A stretch of 64,000 nt of DNA from an uncultured virus (IMG/VR IMGVR_UViG_3300030108_001449) (IMGVR_UViG_3300030108_001449); one strand, 5' to 3'; positions 1 to 8,091 are shown, counted from the stretch's first letter. The notes: generated from the letters alone by a model not told the origin. Translations and numbers: made by a program.

Positions 1-95
1 TTTTCACCATAAATTTCTATGCGTCCTATCTGGTCATTATCAGCAGGGCTGCTAGAGTTTCTATAAAACTGCATTAATGGAGCAATATTTGCGTC
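1..95 (+). repeat. Exact 95-bp direct repeat, copy 1 (copy 2 at 56427-56521)
   Basis: TTTTCACCATAAATTTCTATGCG...AATATTTGCGTC is identical at both places and diverges at 96/56522. Confidence 0.95.
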
Positions 96-1199
96 AGCGT
101 CAGTGGCAGCCAATACTAAAGTGGCGGCGTTGTCGGTGCTTTCTATGTTAACCACACCGCCATAATCTGTAGCTGTTCCAAAATTTACATGGTCGTTACC
201 CGCATCGACGAAGAGCATATTAGCGTTGTTGTCAGACTCAACCCGAAAATCTAGGTCGCGAGCTTCTTGGTTAAAAACAGTTTCGGTTTCAAGCACATTC
301 ATTCTGTTTCTTAGTGTTCCAGCAACCATCGTGCTTAAATAGTAACTTCCATCCTCTGAGCCATCACTTACGTCATTAGCCTGTGCTGTTATGCTGGCGT
401 ATATAACGTCTTGAGAGTTGTCGTTTCTACCTTCGTAATCTATGACTCCCAAAACATCTGCATCTGCTGGCGAACTAGAGTTTCTATACATTCTGAGATT
501 AGGCCCAGCATTCGCGTCAGCATCTGTACTAGTTAAAGTCAGATTGTCTTCATTTCCATCATTCGTAATCGTTACGTTTGTAGTTGGCCCAAAGGCAACG
601 TCCATATTTTCATCGATTGCCATTGCCTGTGTGGTTCCAAGCGTGGAGCCTTTACCAAACACCAAGTCATCTGTTGAGTCATCTAAACCAATGTAAAAAT
701 CTTGAGCGTTTCCATCGAAAATGAGGGTAGTGTCTTCTGCTGCGCCATTCCCAATTCTAAAATTAGTACCAACGCTTAAATTATCAAAAGCTTCAGTGAC
801 AGCAGCACCGCTCCCTGCGCCATCCAGATATACAGCTTTAACATAGCCATTTGGAATAGTTATTTCAGAACCAGAGCCTTGTTTAATGATAATGTTTTGT
901 GAGCCTGAAGTTGCGTTTTCTATTATGTGAACGCGAGATAGTGTGTTCGGCCCTATTGTAATCGTACAGGCAGAATCAAGAGTTCCAGTGTATTTAATGT
1001 ACATGGATCTGCCGGGGTCAGTTGAGCCATCAGCTACTGTTGTAGCATGAGTGTCAGCGTTGGTGGTTATGGCTTCTGTCCCATAACCTAGAGCCTCACC
1101 GATCAGCTCTAAATTCGTATTTGTGGTTGTTCCCCACGTGCCGCTTCCCTCGCCCGTGGCTAATTCAGACAAACGTAGGTCGTTTACATAGGTTACCAT
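1..1199 (-). CDS. Tail fibre protein, N-terminal part (genome A copy; runs off the window start)
   Basis: Manually translated from ATG at 1199 (SD AGGAG upstream): MVTYVNDLRLSELATGEGSGTWG... closely parallels the N-terminus of 55049..57199. Frame is open to base 3. Confidence 0.85.
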   Translation of the reverse strand, partial: MVTYVNDLRLSELATGEGSGTWGTTTNTNLELIGEALGYGTEAITTNADTHATTVADGSTDPGRSMYIKYTGTLDSACTITIGPNTLSRVHIIENATSGSQNIIIKQGSGSEITIPNGYVKAVYLDGAGSGAAVTEAFDNLSVGTNFRIGNGAAEDTTLIFDGNAQDFYIGLDDSTDDLVFGKGSTLGTTQAMAIDENMDVAFGPTTNVTITNDGNEDNLTLTSTDADANAGPNLRMYRNSSSPADADVLGVIDYEGRNDNSQDVIYASITAQANDVSDGSEDGSYYLSTMVAGTLRNRMNVLETETVFNQEARDLDFRVESDNNANMLFVDAGNDHVNFGTATDYGGVVNIESTDNAATLVLAATDADANIAPLMQFYRNSSSPADNDQIGRIEIYGE

Positions 1200-1214
1200 T
1201 GTTTTCTCCTAAAT

Positions 1215-1796
1215 TTAGGCAGCATCCCTGCCAGCTTCAATCTCAGTATAGTTTGCTGACTGAGATGTATCAATGTTCGAGTACGAAGGTGACTGTGAAG
1301 TTGTTATGGCTGCGTAACTGGCTGTCTGAGATGTGTCTATCTCGCCCCATATCATTAGGTCGCCCACTGCAAAAGTGGAGGCCACTCCTGTAGGAGAAAC
1401 GTTTGCTGCTGCATTGACACTTAACTCGCCAACAGAAGCTGCAAATTGAACCCCTGTGATTTCTACAACAGCATTGTGTAATACAGTGACAGATCCTAAT
1501 CCAGAAGTAGTTGCCAATCCTGTTGGAGAAACGTTAGCAGCAGCATTAACTGATAACGCGCCAAGACCAGAAGTAGCCCCCAAGCCAGTGACTGAAACAT
1601 TAGCAACACCAGTAACTGTTAACGCGCCAAGACCAGAGGTTGTTGCAAGGCCGGTAATAGAAACATTATTTTCGCCTCGCGTTGTGATAGTACCAAGGCC
1701 AGAAGTAATTCCTAAACCAGTCAGCTCAACGCCAATAGGCTCACCCCAAGTTCCTTGACCCCAAGTGCCTCTGCCCCAGCCTGTAATGTTAGCCAC
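1215..1796 (-). CDS. Virion/tail structural protein with Thr/Gly/Val beta repeats
   Basis: WG-x-GTWG start and repeated VSxTGxAxTSGLG units; homologous to 57334..58035; precedes the tail fibre gene. Confidence 0.75.
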   Translation of the reverse strand: MANITGWGRGTWGQGTWGEPIGVELTGLGITSGLGTITTRGENNVSITGLATTSGLGALTVTGVANVSVTGLGATSGLGALSVNAAANVSPTGLATTSGLGSVTVLHNAVVEITGVQFAASVGELSVNAAANVSPTGVASTFAVGDLMIWGEIDTSQTASYAAITTSQSPSYSNIDTSQSANYTEIEAGRDAA

Positions 1797-1935
1797 TGGA
1801 CAACTCTGATTTCAGGATTTCTAACTGGGATTTTGTTTCTGTAATAATTTGCCTGACAGGCTCTGTCATAAAATCGTGGGCGAGGGTGTATTCCAGATCA
1901 GAAATACAGTTGTTGATGCGTTCAACCTTACTCAT
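1789..1935 (-). CDS. Small hypothetical protein (48 aa, MSKVERINNCISDLEY...)
   Basis: ATG overlaps the upstream stop (TGATG) and the stop overlaps the next gene start. Confidence 0.55.
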   Translation of the reverse strand: MSKVERINNCISDLEYTLAHDFMTEPVRQIITETKSQLEILKSELSSG

Positions 1936-3281
1936 CAATCAACGTTCACATAAACAACATCGTTTGCATTTCCCTTGGGATTGAGTAAATATTCTTTTAT
2001 GGAAATTGAATATTTTTTTGCTTGGGAAAATGGGCCAGCGTTAATTGGTCGTGTCGAAGATTTTGCCAGACCTTTGTTTTTGTCTGACGATGAAAAATCT
2101 TGGACTGCTGCTTCTGGCGAACAAATGGTTGATTTTTTTGAGGATGGAACGAAACTTTCCCAAGAAGACTTTGAAGAGGAGTTTGGCATTATTGGAGTTG
2201 ACCTTCCAGACCTTCCAGAAACATAACCCCCATATCTAAACTTTGGTATTGTTTGCTCTATAATGCTAGGGTGACTTTGCCTTAACGCCTCGCCGTAAAC
2301 TTGTCTTTGTTCTTGCTGTAAAGCATCTACTCGCCTTGCATCCTCTATTGGCAATTTGTCAATAGGTCTGCCTCTTAACAAATCCCTTTCTGCTTCATAC
2401 AGCTTGTGGGCTTTATCAACAGCTTCAGCCATTGGCTTGGTTGTCATGGATATTTCAGCAAGAATAACTTTGCCATCCTTGGGATTAATATGTTGCACGT
2501 TCAGCTTTCTGTCAAAGTATCCATTCTCTGGGATTGATTGAAATTTACTATCAATGGTTGGAAACTTTTCTGCTACCTGTTTGGCTACAGCGTCAGCATC
2601 GTCTGCTGTCTCAACAAAAACCCTTGTTCTAATGGTGTCTGTTATTCCTTCAGCACCATAAGATTTTCTAGCTAACTTTGATTCAATGCTTTCTTTGGAT
2701 TTGACCTCAATGTTTACCACGTTACCTTGTTCGTTTACTTTCGTTGATGGCGTTTTTTCCAAATTTAGATTATCAGCGATATCTTTTACCTTTTTTTGAA
2801 AAGAAGCATTCGAATCAATCGCTCTTTTTATCAACTGATCAGCATCAACAATATCCTGTTGTGGCTCCTTAAATACTTTTTCCACTTCGCCAAATAATTT
2901 TTTGCCACCCACCTGCTGTATGTCTGGCTCGTTGACTGGCTGTTTTATCTTTGGCTGATACTGCCTTGCCATGTCTGTGTTTTTAAGAAGGGTCTTGCCA
3001 CCATACTTCAAAATGTCACCAGCTATAGGCACAAGACCAGCTATGCCAAGACCAGCTCCTGCTGCGCCTAGCAAAGCTTTGTTATAATCGCCTGATTCAA
3101 TGGCTCTGTAGGCATCCCTTCCATACTTCGCTATCTCAGCAGCATCGACTGCCAATCCAGCAGGGGTCATGCCAATTCCAATCTGCGCCATCAAAGGCAC
3201 TTCTTCGCTGTAAGTATCGACAGCAACGTCCAAGGCATCAGGCTCAAATGGATCGATCTTGTCTAATTCACTTGTAGCCAT
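1935..3281 (-). CDS. Polymorphic-toxin-like protein with a RelA/SpoT-type (alarmone synthetase-like) nucleotidyltransferase domain
   Basis: Motifs VKSKESIESK, DTIRTRV, GYFDRKLNV, AEISMTT, AHKLYEAER fit the RelA/SpoT synthetase layout; Gly/Ala-rich pre-toxin-like N-terminal segment (GLVPIAGD). Confidence 0.65.
   Translation of the reverse strand: MATSELDKIDPFEPDALDVAVDTYSEEVPLMAQIGIGMTPAGLAVDAAEIAKYGRDAYRAIESGDYNKALLGAAGAGLGIAGLVPIAGDILKYGGKTLLKNTDMARQYQPKIKQPVNEPDIQQVGGKKLFGEVEKVFKEPQQDIVDADQLIKRAIDSNASFQKKVKDIADNLNLEKTPSTKVNEQGNVVNIEVKSKESIESKLARKSYGAEGITDTIRTRVFVETADDADAVAKQVAEKFPTIDSKFQSIPENGYFDRKLNVQHINPKDGKVILAEISMTTKPMAEAVDKAHKLYEAERDLLRGRPIDKLPIEDARRVDALQQEQRQVYGEALRQSHPSIIEQTIPKFRYGGYVSGRSGRSTPIMPNSSSKSSWESFVPSSKKSTICSPEAAVQDFSSSDKNKGLAKSSTRPINAGPFSQAKKYSISIKEYLLNPKGNANDVVYVNVD
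1999..2226 (+). CDS. Small acidic protein nested antisense in the 3' end of 1935..3281; candidate immunity protein
   Basis: 75 aa MEIEYFFAWENGPALIGR...EEEFGIIGVDLPDLPET is protein-like and very acidic. The opposite frame over this span is Ser-rich low-complexity 'shadow' sequence. TTGCAT at 1964-1969 could be a -35. Confidence 0.6.
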   Translation: MEIEYFFAWENGPALIGRVEDFARPLFLSDDEKSWTAASGEQMVDFFEDGTKLSQEDFEEEFGIIGVDLPDLPET

Positions 3282-3308
3282 CCAAGAAGTATAGCCTAAA
3301 AGTTTTGT

Positions 3309-4097
3309 TTAGGAAGCCTTGGCTTGGAACTTCCTTGTCAGAACCCTTTTAACTTTGTGGTATGGGAAGTCTGGAAAATCTGGGAATCTTGACTCCACTT
3401 GAGCAGAAATCTTCTTGTAGCCAAGACCTCGTTTCCTTGCTCGTTTCATGAACTCGATGACTTCCTGCTCCTTGGGGATTGGAACCAGCTTGGTTCTGAT
3501 CTTGGTTGCCCCAAAACGCTCCTCAACTTTCTCGTAGCCAAAGGGTCTGCCATTGCCACCAATCGAATAACCCTTTTCAGCCCAGTCCACCTTGCCATCA
3601 CCTAATCGATCCATGATCGTACCATGCTCGATCTCTGCTGTTGCACTGAGCACCATGACCATGATCTTGTTGGTGATCTCGTTCATGTCGAATCTTGCAC
3701 CCAAGCCTTTGTCTTCTTTGGTCTTGGGGTAAACAATTGGAATGTCACCAAACTGTTCGCAGAAAAACAACGTGACCTTAGTGTCTTCAAGCACTGGCAT
3801 GATGTTCAACAGGTTCTTGCTGGATCGAGAGAAGCGATCCAAGCGTGTGGTTACTATCACATCGTGCTCATCCATGACATCAGTCAAGCGTCTGGACTCT
3901 GGACGATCCAGAATTGGAATCGTGCCACTCACCCCCTCATCAGCAAAAAACTCTGTGACCTCTCGATTGTATTTGTCTTTGACAAACTCAGTGATCATGT
4001 CTTTCTGAAGCTCGATTGACGATCCATTTCTGGCTTGCTCAAGAGTCGAAACCCTGACGTAACCATAGATGTTGTTGACTTGCTTGTTAGGGATCAT
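3309..4097 (-). CDS. Serine recombinase (resolvase/invertase family)
   Basis: YGYVRVST..Q, DEGVSG, RP, DVIVTTRLDRFSRS catalytic motifs. Confidence 0.9.
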   Translation of the reverse strand: MIPNKQVNNIYGYVRVSTLEQARNGSSIELQKDMITEFVKDKYNREVTEFFADEGVSGTIPILDRPESRRLTDVMDEHDVIVTTRLDRFSRSSKNLLNIMPVLEDTKVTLFFCEQFGDIPIVYPKTKEDKGLGARFDMNEITNKIMVMVLSATAEIEHGTIMDRLGDGKVDWAEKGYSIGGNGRPFGYEKVEERFGATKIRTKLVPIPKEQEVIEFMKRARKRGLGYKKISAQVESRFPDFPDFPYHKVKRVLTRKFQAKAS

Positions 4098-4109
4098 TAA
4101 CGACTCTCC

Positions 4110-4439
4110 TTAAAACTTTGGCTCAAGCATTGGTGGGGTATCGTCAAAGGAAAACTTCTGTATTTTTTTTCCACTGGAGCTAGTTAATTCCTCAGTAATA
4201 ATTTTAAAGTCTTTCCCAGAAATGTCGCGGATTGTGCGAATCGCTTGAAACTTTGCGCCTTGCCTTTGTTCCCAAGGAGAGCCACTAAAGTCTTCGTCAT
4301 CAATAAACTGTCGATCCCAGTTAATGTCTTCAAGCAACTCAGTGACCAATTCTTTAACGTTCACCATTTCACGTTTTTCCTTGATCAGCATATCGATCTC
4401 TGCTTGTTTCTCTACCAGTTTTTCCAATAAGTCTTCCAT
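4110..4439 (-). CDS. Hypothetical early protein
   Basis: ATG at 4439 with GAGG SD, downstream of promoter 4467-4495. Confidence 0.65.
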   Translation of the reverse strand: MEDLLEKLVEKQAEIDMLIKEKREMVNVKELVTELLEDINWDRQFIDDEDFSGSPWEQRQGAKFQAIRTIRDISGKDFKIITEELTSSSGKKIQKFSFDDTPPMLEPKF

Positions 4440-4466
4440 CTCGCGTTCCTCAATTAATTCAGGAAC

Positions 4467-4495
4467 ATGATACACCAATGCGTGTCGATGTGCAA
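4467..4495 (-). promoter_or_regulatory. Sigma70-like early promoter with CGACAC box
   Basis: TTGCAC-ATCGACAC...(17 bp spacer)-TATCAT. Confidence 0.75.
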
Positions 4496-4517
4496 GTATT
4501 TATACAAATATATTTAG

Positions 4518-4736
4518 CTACGAAGCCCACCTTTCCAGTTGCTCATCGATCTCTGCCCAGTCAATATCCAAAGGGCGAATGTTTTCTGCGTACTGGGAAA
4601 TCAGAACCTGACCATTCTTGATCAGTTCGACTCCCCTGTAATTCTTGTGCTCACCCTTCTTAATGATGTCAATGCCATGCTTCATGCACTTGCGTCTGAC
4701 CCTGTTGTACTCTCGTTTCTTAGCTGCTGCGCTCAT
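4518..4736 (-). CDS. Hypothetical protein
   Basis: 72 aa; TAATG coupling to the upstream HD gene. Confidence 0.6.
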   Translation of the reverse strand: MSAAAKKREYNRVRRKCMKHGIDIIKKGEHKNYRGVELIKNGQVLISQYAENIRPLDIDWAEIDEQLERWAS

Positions 4737-5218
4737 TAAAACCTCACCATTTCTGATAAAACTGCTGTTGCGAAATCTTCTTCCTCAAGGATGCTGATCG
4801 CTTTCTCGTATCGCTTGCCCAAGCTTTTGACTGTCTCTGGATCAGGAATGTCAGAGATCGTGGAATAGTTGATTTTCAAATCAGCCAACTTGACCTGTGC
4901 TGCAATCTCGTTGGCCTTGACCCTGACAATGTAGTCAAAGTATTTTTCGTCAGGGCTTTTGGTGATGGCTTTTACAGCGTCAGCAATCTCAACACCAAAC
5001 CCCTCGATGATCTTGGTCAACTCATCGTGATCCCAGATCTTGGGATCTGCGTCCTCAACTACATCGTGCAAGATCGCAACAGCCTCATAGCTTGTGCCAA
5101 GATGTTTGACAGCCTGACTGACCTCGATGGGATGACTGATGTAGTCCCTGCCTCGCTTGTCTTTCTGTCCTTCATGAACTGCTGTAGCTAATTCAATGTA
5201 ACTTTCAGGGCTTTTCAT
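4736..5218 (-). CDS. HD-domain small alarmone hydrolase (Mesh1/SpoT/Aph1-like (p)ppNpp hydrolase)
   Basis: HEGQKDKRGRDYISHP, AILHDVVED (HDxxED), VKLADLKIN; ATG at 5218 coupled to the upstream stop. Confidence 0.85.
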   Translation of the reverse strand: MKSPESYIELATAVHEGQKDKRGRDYISHPIEVSQAVKHLGTSYEAVAILHDVVEDADPKIWDHDELTKIIEGFGVEIADAVKAITKSPDEKYFDYIVRVKANEIAAQVKLADLKINYSTISDIPDPETVKSLGKRYEKAISILEEEDFATAVLSEMVRF

Positions 5219-5487
5219 TAGACTTCTTCTTCCATTATCCAATCGCTTCGAGCTTGCCATTTGCTTGCGAAAATATTCTTGTCAATCATTTCAATCATGG
5301 CTTCGTTGTATTCTACGAATACTGGTTGCTCTGGATCATAAGTGATTGCATCAGTAGCACTAGCCAAGTTCCATTCCAATGCTGCTCTTAAATATCTAGT
5401 GACAGCTTGCCAATCTTGGCTTTTGATTTTGATTTCATCTCCATCTGTTTCGCCATCAATGCAAACCAATTTGTACCCTGTTTCCAT
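5218..5487 (-). CDS. Hypothetical early protein
   Basis: 89 aa, GAGGTG SD, first gene after promoter 5516-5544. Confidence 0.65.
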   Translation of the reverse strand: METGYKLVCIDGETDGDEIKIKSQDWQAVTRYLRAALEWNLASATDAITYDPEQPVFVEYNEAMIEMIDKNIFASKWQARSDWIMEEEV

Positions 5488-5515
5488 GCCATCACCTCTT
5501 TAACTCAACAAAAGA

Positions 5516-5544
5516 ATTATGACACAATTAGTGTCGATATGCAA
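5516..5544 (-). promoter_or_regulatory. Sigma70-like early promoter with CGACAC box
   Basis: TTGCAT-ATCGACAC...(17)-CATAAT; spacer holds the palindrome GACAC-AATTA-GTGTC. Confidence 0.75.
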
Positions 5545-5568
5545 GTATTTATAATTAAATGTAGTAAT

Positions 5569-5710
5569 GTATGAGATGGGAGGATTGGTCATTGAAAATT
5601 AAGTCATGGACTAACTCATGACTTGGATGGCATGACGCTTCATCCTCCCTCTTTCTCGATGACTCAGACATGACTAGTTGCCTAAGCGGAATTTAACCTG
5701 ACGCTCATAC
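5569..5710. ncRNA. Candidate structured RNA (nested inverted repeats in an intergenic gap)
   Basis: Four nested stems: 5569-5575/5704-5710, 5578-5585/5642-5649, 5588-5592/5632-5636, 5601-5608/5617-5624. Confidence 0.35.
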
Positions 5711-5724
5711 TCGCCTGATCTCGT

Positions 5725-5973
5725 TTAGCCACCCTCATCCAAAATATTATAAGCTTCTGTCAACTCATCGATCAGTAACTCAATGTGGTAGCCAGCAACA
5801 AGCTCTAACACGCCAGTCTGCAATTCATCGAAGCTGATCTGCTGCCACTGGTCTGCTGACTTACCATCTTTCATTGGAGAAACAAAAACGTCAACGTCAT
5901 CTGTGTCTTCATCTTCCAGAACAAACCTGTAAGCTTTGCCTGACTCTTCATCGATTACTGTCTTTTCCTTCAT
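5725..5973 (-). CDS. Acidic hypothetical protein
   Basis: 82 aa; ATGA overlap with the upstream ORF. Confidence 0.6.
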   Translation of the reverse strand: MKEKTVIDEESGKAYRFVLEDEDTDDVDVFVSPMKDGKSADQWQQISFDELQTGVLELVAGYHIELLIDELTEAYNILDEGG

Positions 5974-6221
5974 GCGCTTTTCTTCTGCTCTTCATATTCC
6001 TTTGCCACTCTCTCACAAACGCTGGCAATAAAATCGCCAAGCTCTTTGTTTGTCATGGCGTGATCAAGAATTGTAACCACTGGCATCTTCATCTGCTTGG
6101 CTATCTTCTCAATCATGGAAGGGAGCATAACTGCTCCCTTGGGGGTGATGCCATACTCTAAGCAGACATCAATCATTTTATCCTCATGGATCAATCGAAC
6201 ATTCTTGGTTGCACTACCCAT
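5970..6221 (-). CDS. Hypothetical protein
   Basis: 83 aa in a coupled operon, GGAGGT SD. Confidence 0.6.
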   Translation of the reverse strand: MGSATKNVRLIHEDKMIDVCLEYGITPKGAVMLPSMIEKIAKQMKMPVVTILDHAMTNKELGDFIASVCERVAKEYEEQKKSA

Positions 6222-6561
6222 TAGCTGTTACCTCTTGTGGAACCTCGAAGGGTGAATTGAAGTCCTTGTTGACTCGCCCATACTCTTTGCCAAGGCTGAC
6301 CATTTGGTCATCCTCGCTCTCGCCAAAGTTGACTGTCTTGTCAATGGCTTCTGAAAGCTTGAGCAATTCAAGAATTGCGTAAGTCTGTTGATCGTCATCG
6401 TTGATCAACGAGTAGATCACTTTGAGAGCTAAAGGTCGCTCCTTGTTGTAGGCATCCAAGTCCATGATGAACTGGAGTGGCTCGATCAGAGTGCCAGTCT
6501 TGTCTTCCAGAACAGCAGAAGCTTTCTTGGCAATGCTCGAAATAATTTGATTGTCATCCAT
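6214..6561 (-). CDS. Hypothetical protein
   Basis: 115 aa, AAGGGG SD. Confidence 0.6.
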   Translation of the reverse strand: MDDNQIISSIAKKASAVLEDKTGTLIEPLQFIMDLDAYNKERPLALKVIYSLINDDDQQTYAILELLKLSEAIDKTVNFGESEDDQMVSLGKEYGRVNKDFNSPFEVPQEVTANG

Positions 6562-6578
6562 ACGAATCCCCTTGTAGG

Positions 6579-6812
6579 TTATTGGGTTATGATTTTGAGA
6601 ACTTCTGACGCGCCCACCTGAATGCTGGTTACCACGCGCCCACTCTCAGTTACTTGTGTTGGCTTGTTGAAGGAAACGTTGTAAATACGTTCCACCCCAT
6701 TGAGGTTGCCAACGTGAGAACTCTCGACAACACCTTTGACTGGCACGTTGCCAGCGTAAAGAGCAACGATGGTTGAGCCATTGTTGATTTGTTGAAAGTT
6801 TTGATTAGTCAT
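6579..6812 (-). CDS. Hypothetical protein
   Basis: 77 aa, GAGG SD, downstream of promoter 6920-6948. Confidence 0.6.
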   Translation of the reverse strand: MTNQNFQQINNGSTIVALYAGNVPVKGVVESSHVGNLNGVERIYNVSFNKPTQVTESGRVVTSIQVGASEVLKIITQ

Positions 6813-6919
6813 TCTCGATCCTCAGTGGTTTGTTTTTACTACCAGTTTGGAGATTGCGCTGGCCCGCCATTCCCCTTTCCTTACACCATTTTTTTTCTCC
6901 TCAACTCAATTTCAAGTAC

Positions 6920-6948
6920 ATGGTACATGAATGCGTGTCGTTATGCAA
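6920..6948 (-). promoter_or_regulatory. Sigma70-like early promoter with CGACAC box
   Basis: TTGCAT-AACGACAC...(17)-TACCAT. Confidence 0.75.
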
Positions 6949-6983
6949 GTATTTATACAAAAATATTCAAATTAATTTTTGCC

Positions 6984-7499
6984 CTATTTGTAAGAGCCAA
7001 ACTCTCGAATGCTGAAGTAATTACTGTTTCCATCCTTCAGGCTTTGTGACTTGCACATTGGATTATCAGACTGGGTTCCCACGAAAGCATCAGCTACAAC
7101 CCAAGCAGTCTTCAACCCTTTCTTGTTAAGAGTCGATTCCTTCTTGGGATCTGTCACCCACTGGTCTTCCCCATTTCTTTTGACCAACCAGACTGATCTG
7201 GTGCTAGGGCCAAACTTGTCATCAAAAATGAAAAGCTTCTCAGCGACTACTTCGTTTGTTTCCTTGTCTAACAAAACCCTGAACACATCCTTATTTCCTT
7301 GGTCAGCAAGCTCTGCTTCCTTTCTGTACTTCTGGGCAGTTACGCCACTTGCCCACTGGCTTAGAAATCCATCAGTGTCAGATCTCTGGAAACTTTCTTC
7401 CTTTCGAGCATCTGCTTCTCTTGCCTTGTTACGAAGCTGATCCCCTGCCTTGGTTGTAACAAGGGAGTCAACTGCTTCTTCTTGAGTTTGGTAAATCAT
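6984..7499 (-). CDS. Hypothetical early protein
   Basis: 171 aa; ATGA overlap with the upstream gene. Confidence 0.65.
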   Translation of the reverse strand: MIYQTQEEAVDSLVTTKAGDQLRNKAREADARKEESFQRSDTDGFLSQWASGVTAQKYRKEAELADQGNKDVFRVLLDKETNEVVAEKLFIFDDKFGPSTRSVWLVKRNGEDQWVTDPKKESTLNKKGLKTAWVVADAFVGTQSDNPMCKSQSLKDGNSNYFSIREFGSYK

Positions 7500-7732
7500 G
7501 CCTTTCCTTTTTCAATGTAATATTCCTGACCGCCTCTCTCAAAAAACACGCCAACGCACGATGTTTCTTTTTCCATGTAATCCATCACCTTGTCGCACTG
7601 CTCTGAGAAAGATCCTATGTAAGCAGTGCCTGTTAATGACTTGAAGTCGTTTGAGGTCTTGTCAATGAAGCCCTCGCAGTTTCCCTTGAATTCGTTTTCA
7701 GAATTTGCGTTGAAATAAATCGTGTAAATCAT
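7496..7732 (-). CDS. Hypothetical protein
   Basis: 78 aa in a tightly packed operon. Confidence 0.6.
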   Translation of the reverse strand: MIYTIYFNANSENEFKGNCEGFIDKTSNDFKSLTGTAYIGSFSEQCDKVMDYMEKETSCVGVFFERGGQEYYIEKGKA

Positions 7733-8089
7733 TTACGCAACCTCTTTTGAAAAATTAATTTGAGTGAACCCAACTGGGTCAACCATCCAAGACTCTTGCC
7801 CATTGCTAACAATGTCGCCAACAGAAAGTGAGTGCATGTTTCTGTATCCACCAGAAGTCATCGTGTATCCAGAAACGTGATTATCAAAAAGATCATCGTC
7901 ATCACAATTCAAAACTTCAAAAACAAAATCCAAACCTGAAGCTTTTGATACAACACAAACCTGATCGAAACACTCATCCATCTTTGGCTCGTAACCTTGA
8001 GATCCCTTCAGAGCCAAAGCTCGATAAGCTTGGTCTGAACGTTCGTTGTCTTGTCGAATCTGATAAACCTTGTAAACTTTGTCGCTCAT
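7733..8089 (-). CDS. YodL-like domain protein
   Basis: YKVYQI ... HSLSVGDIV ... WMVDPVGF resembles the YodL signature. Confidence 0.6.
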   Translation of the reverse strand: MSDKVYKVYQIRQDNERSDQAYRALALKGSQGYEPKMDECFDQVCVVSKASGLDFVFEVLNCDDDDLFDNHVSGYTMTSGGYRNMHSLSVGDIVSNGQESWMVDPVGFTQINFSKEVA

Positions 8090-8091
8090 TC

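Noticed and set aside
1..1199. Duplicated tail-fibre sequence as a diversity-generating retroelement TR/VR pair
   Set aside because: No reverse transcriptase gene was found, differences are not adenine-specific, and the shared part is N-terminal.
1..4097. Gin/Cin-type tail-fibre inversion system driven by the serine recombinase
   Set aside because: No inverted alternative fibre segment or flanking inverted crossover sites were seen.
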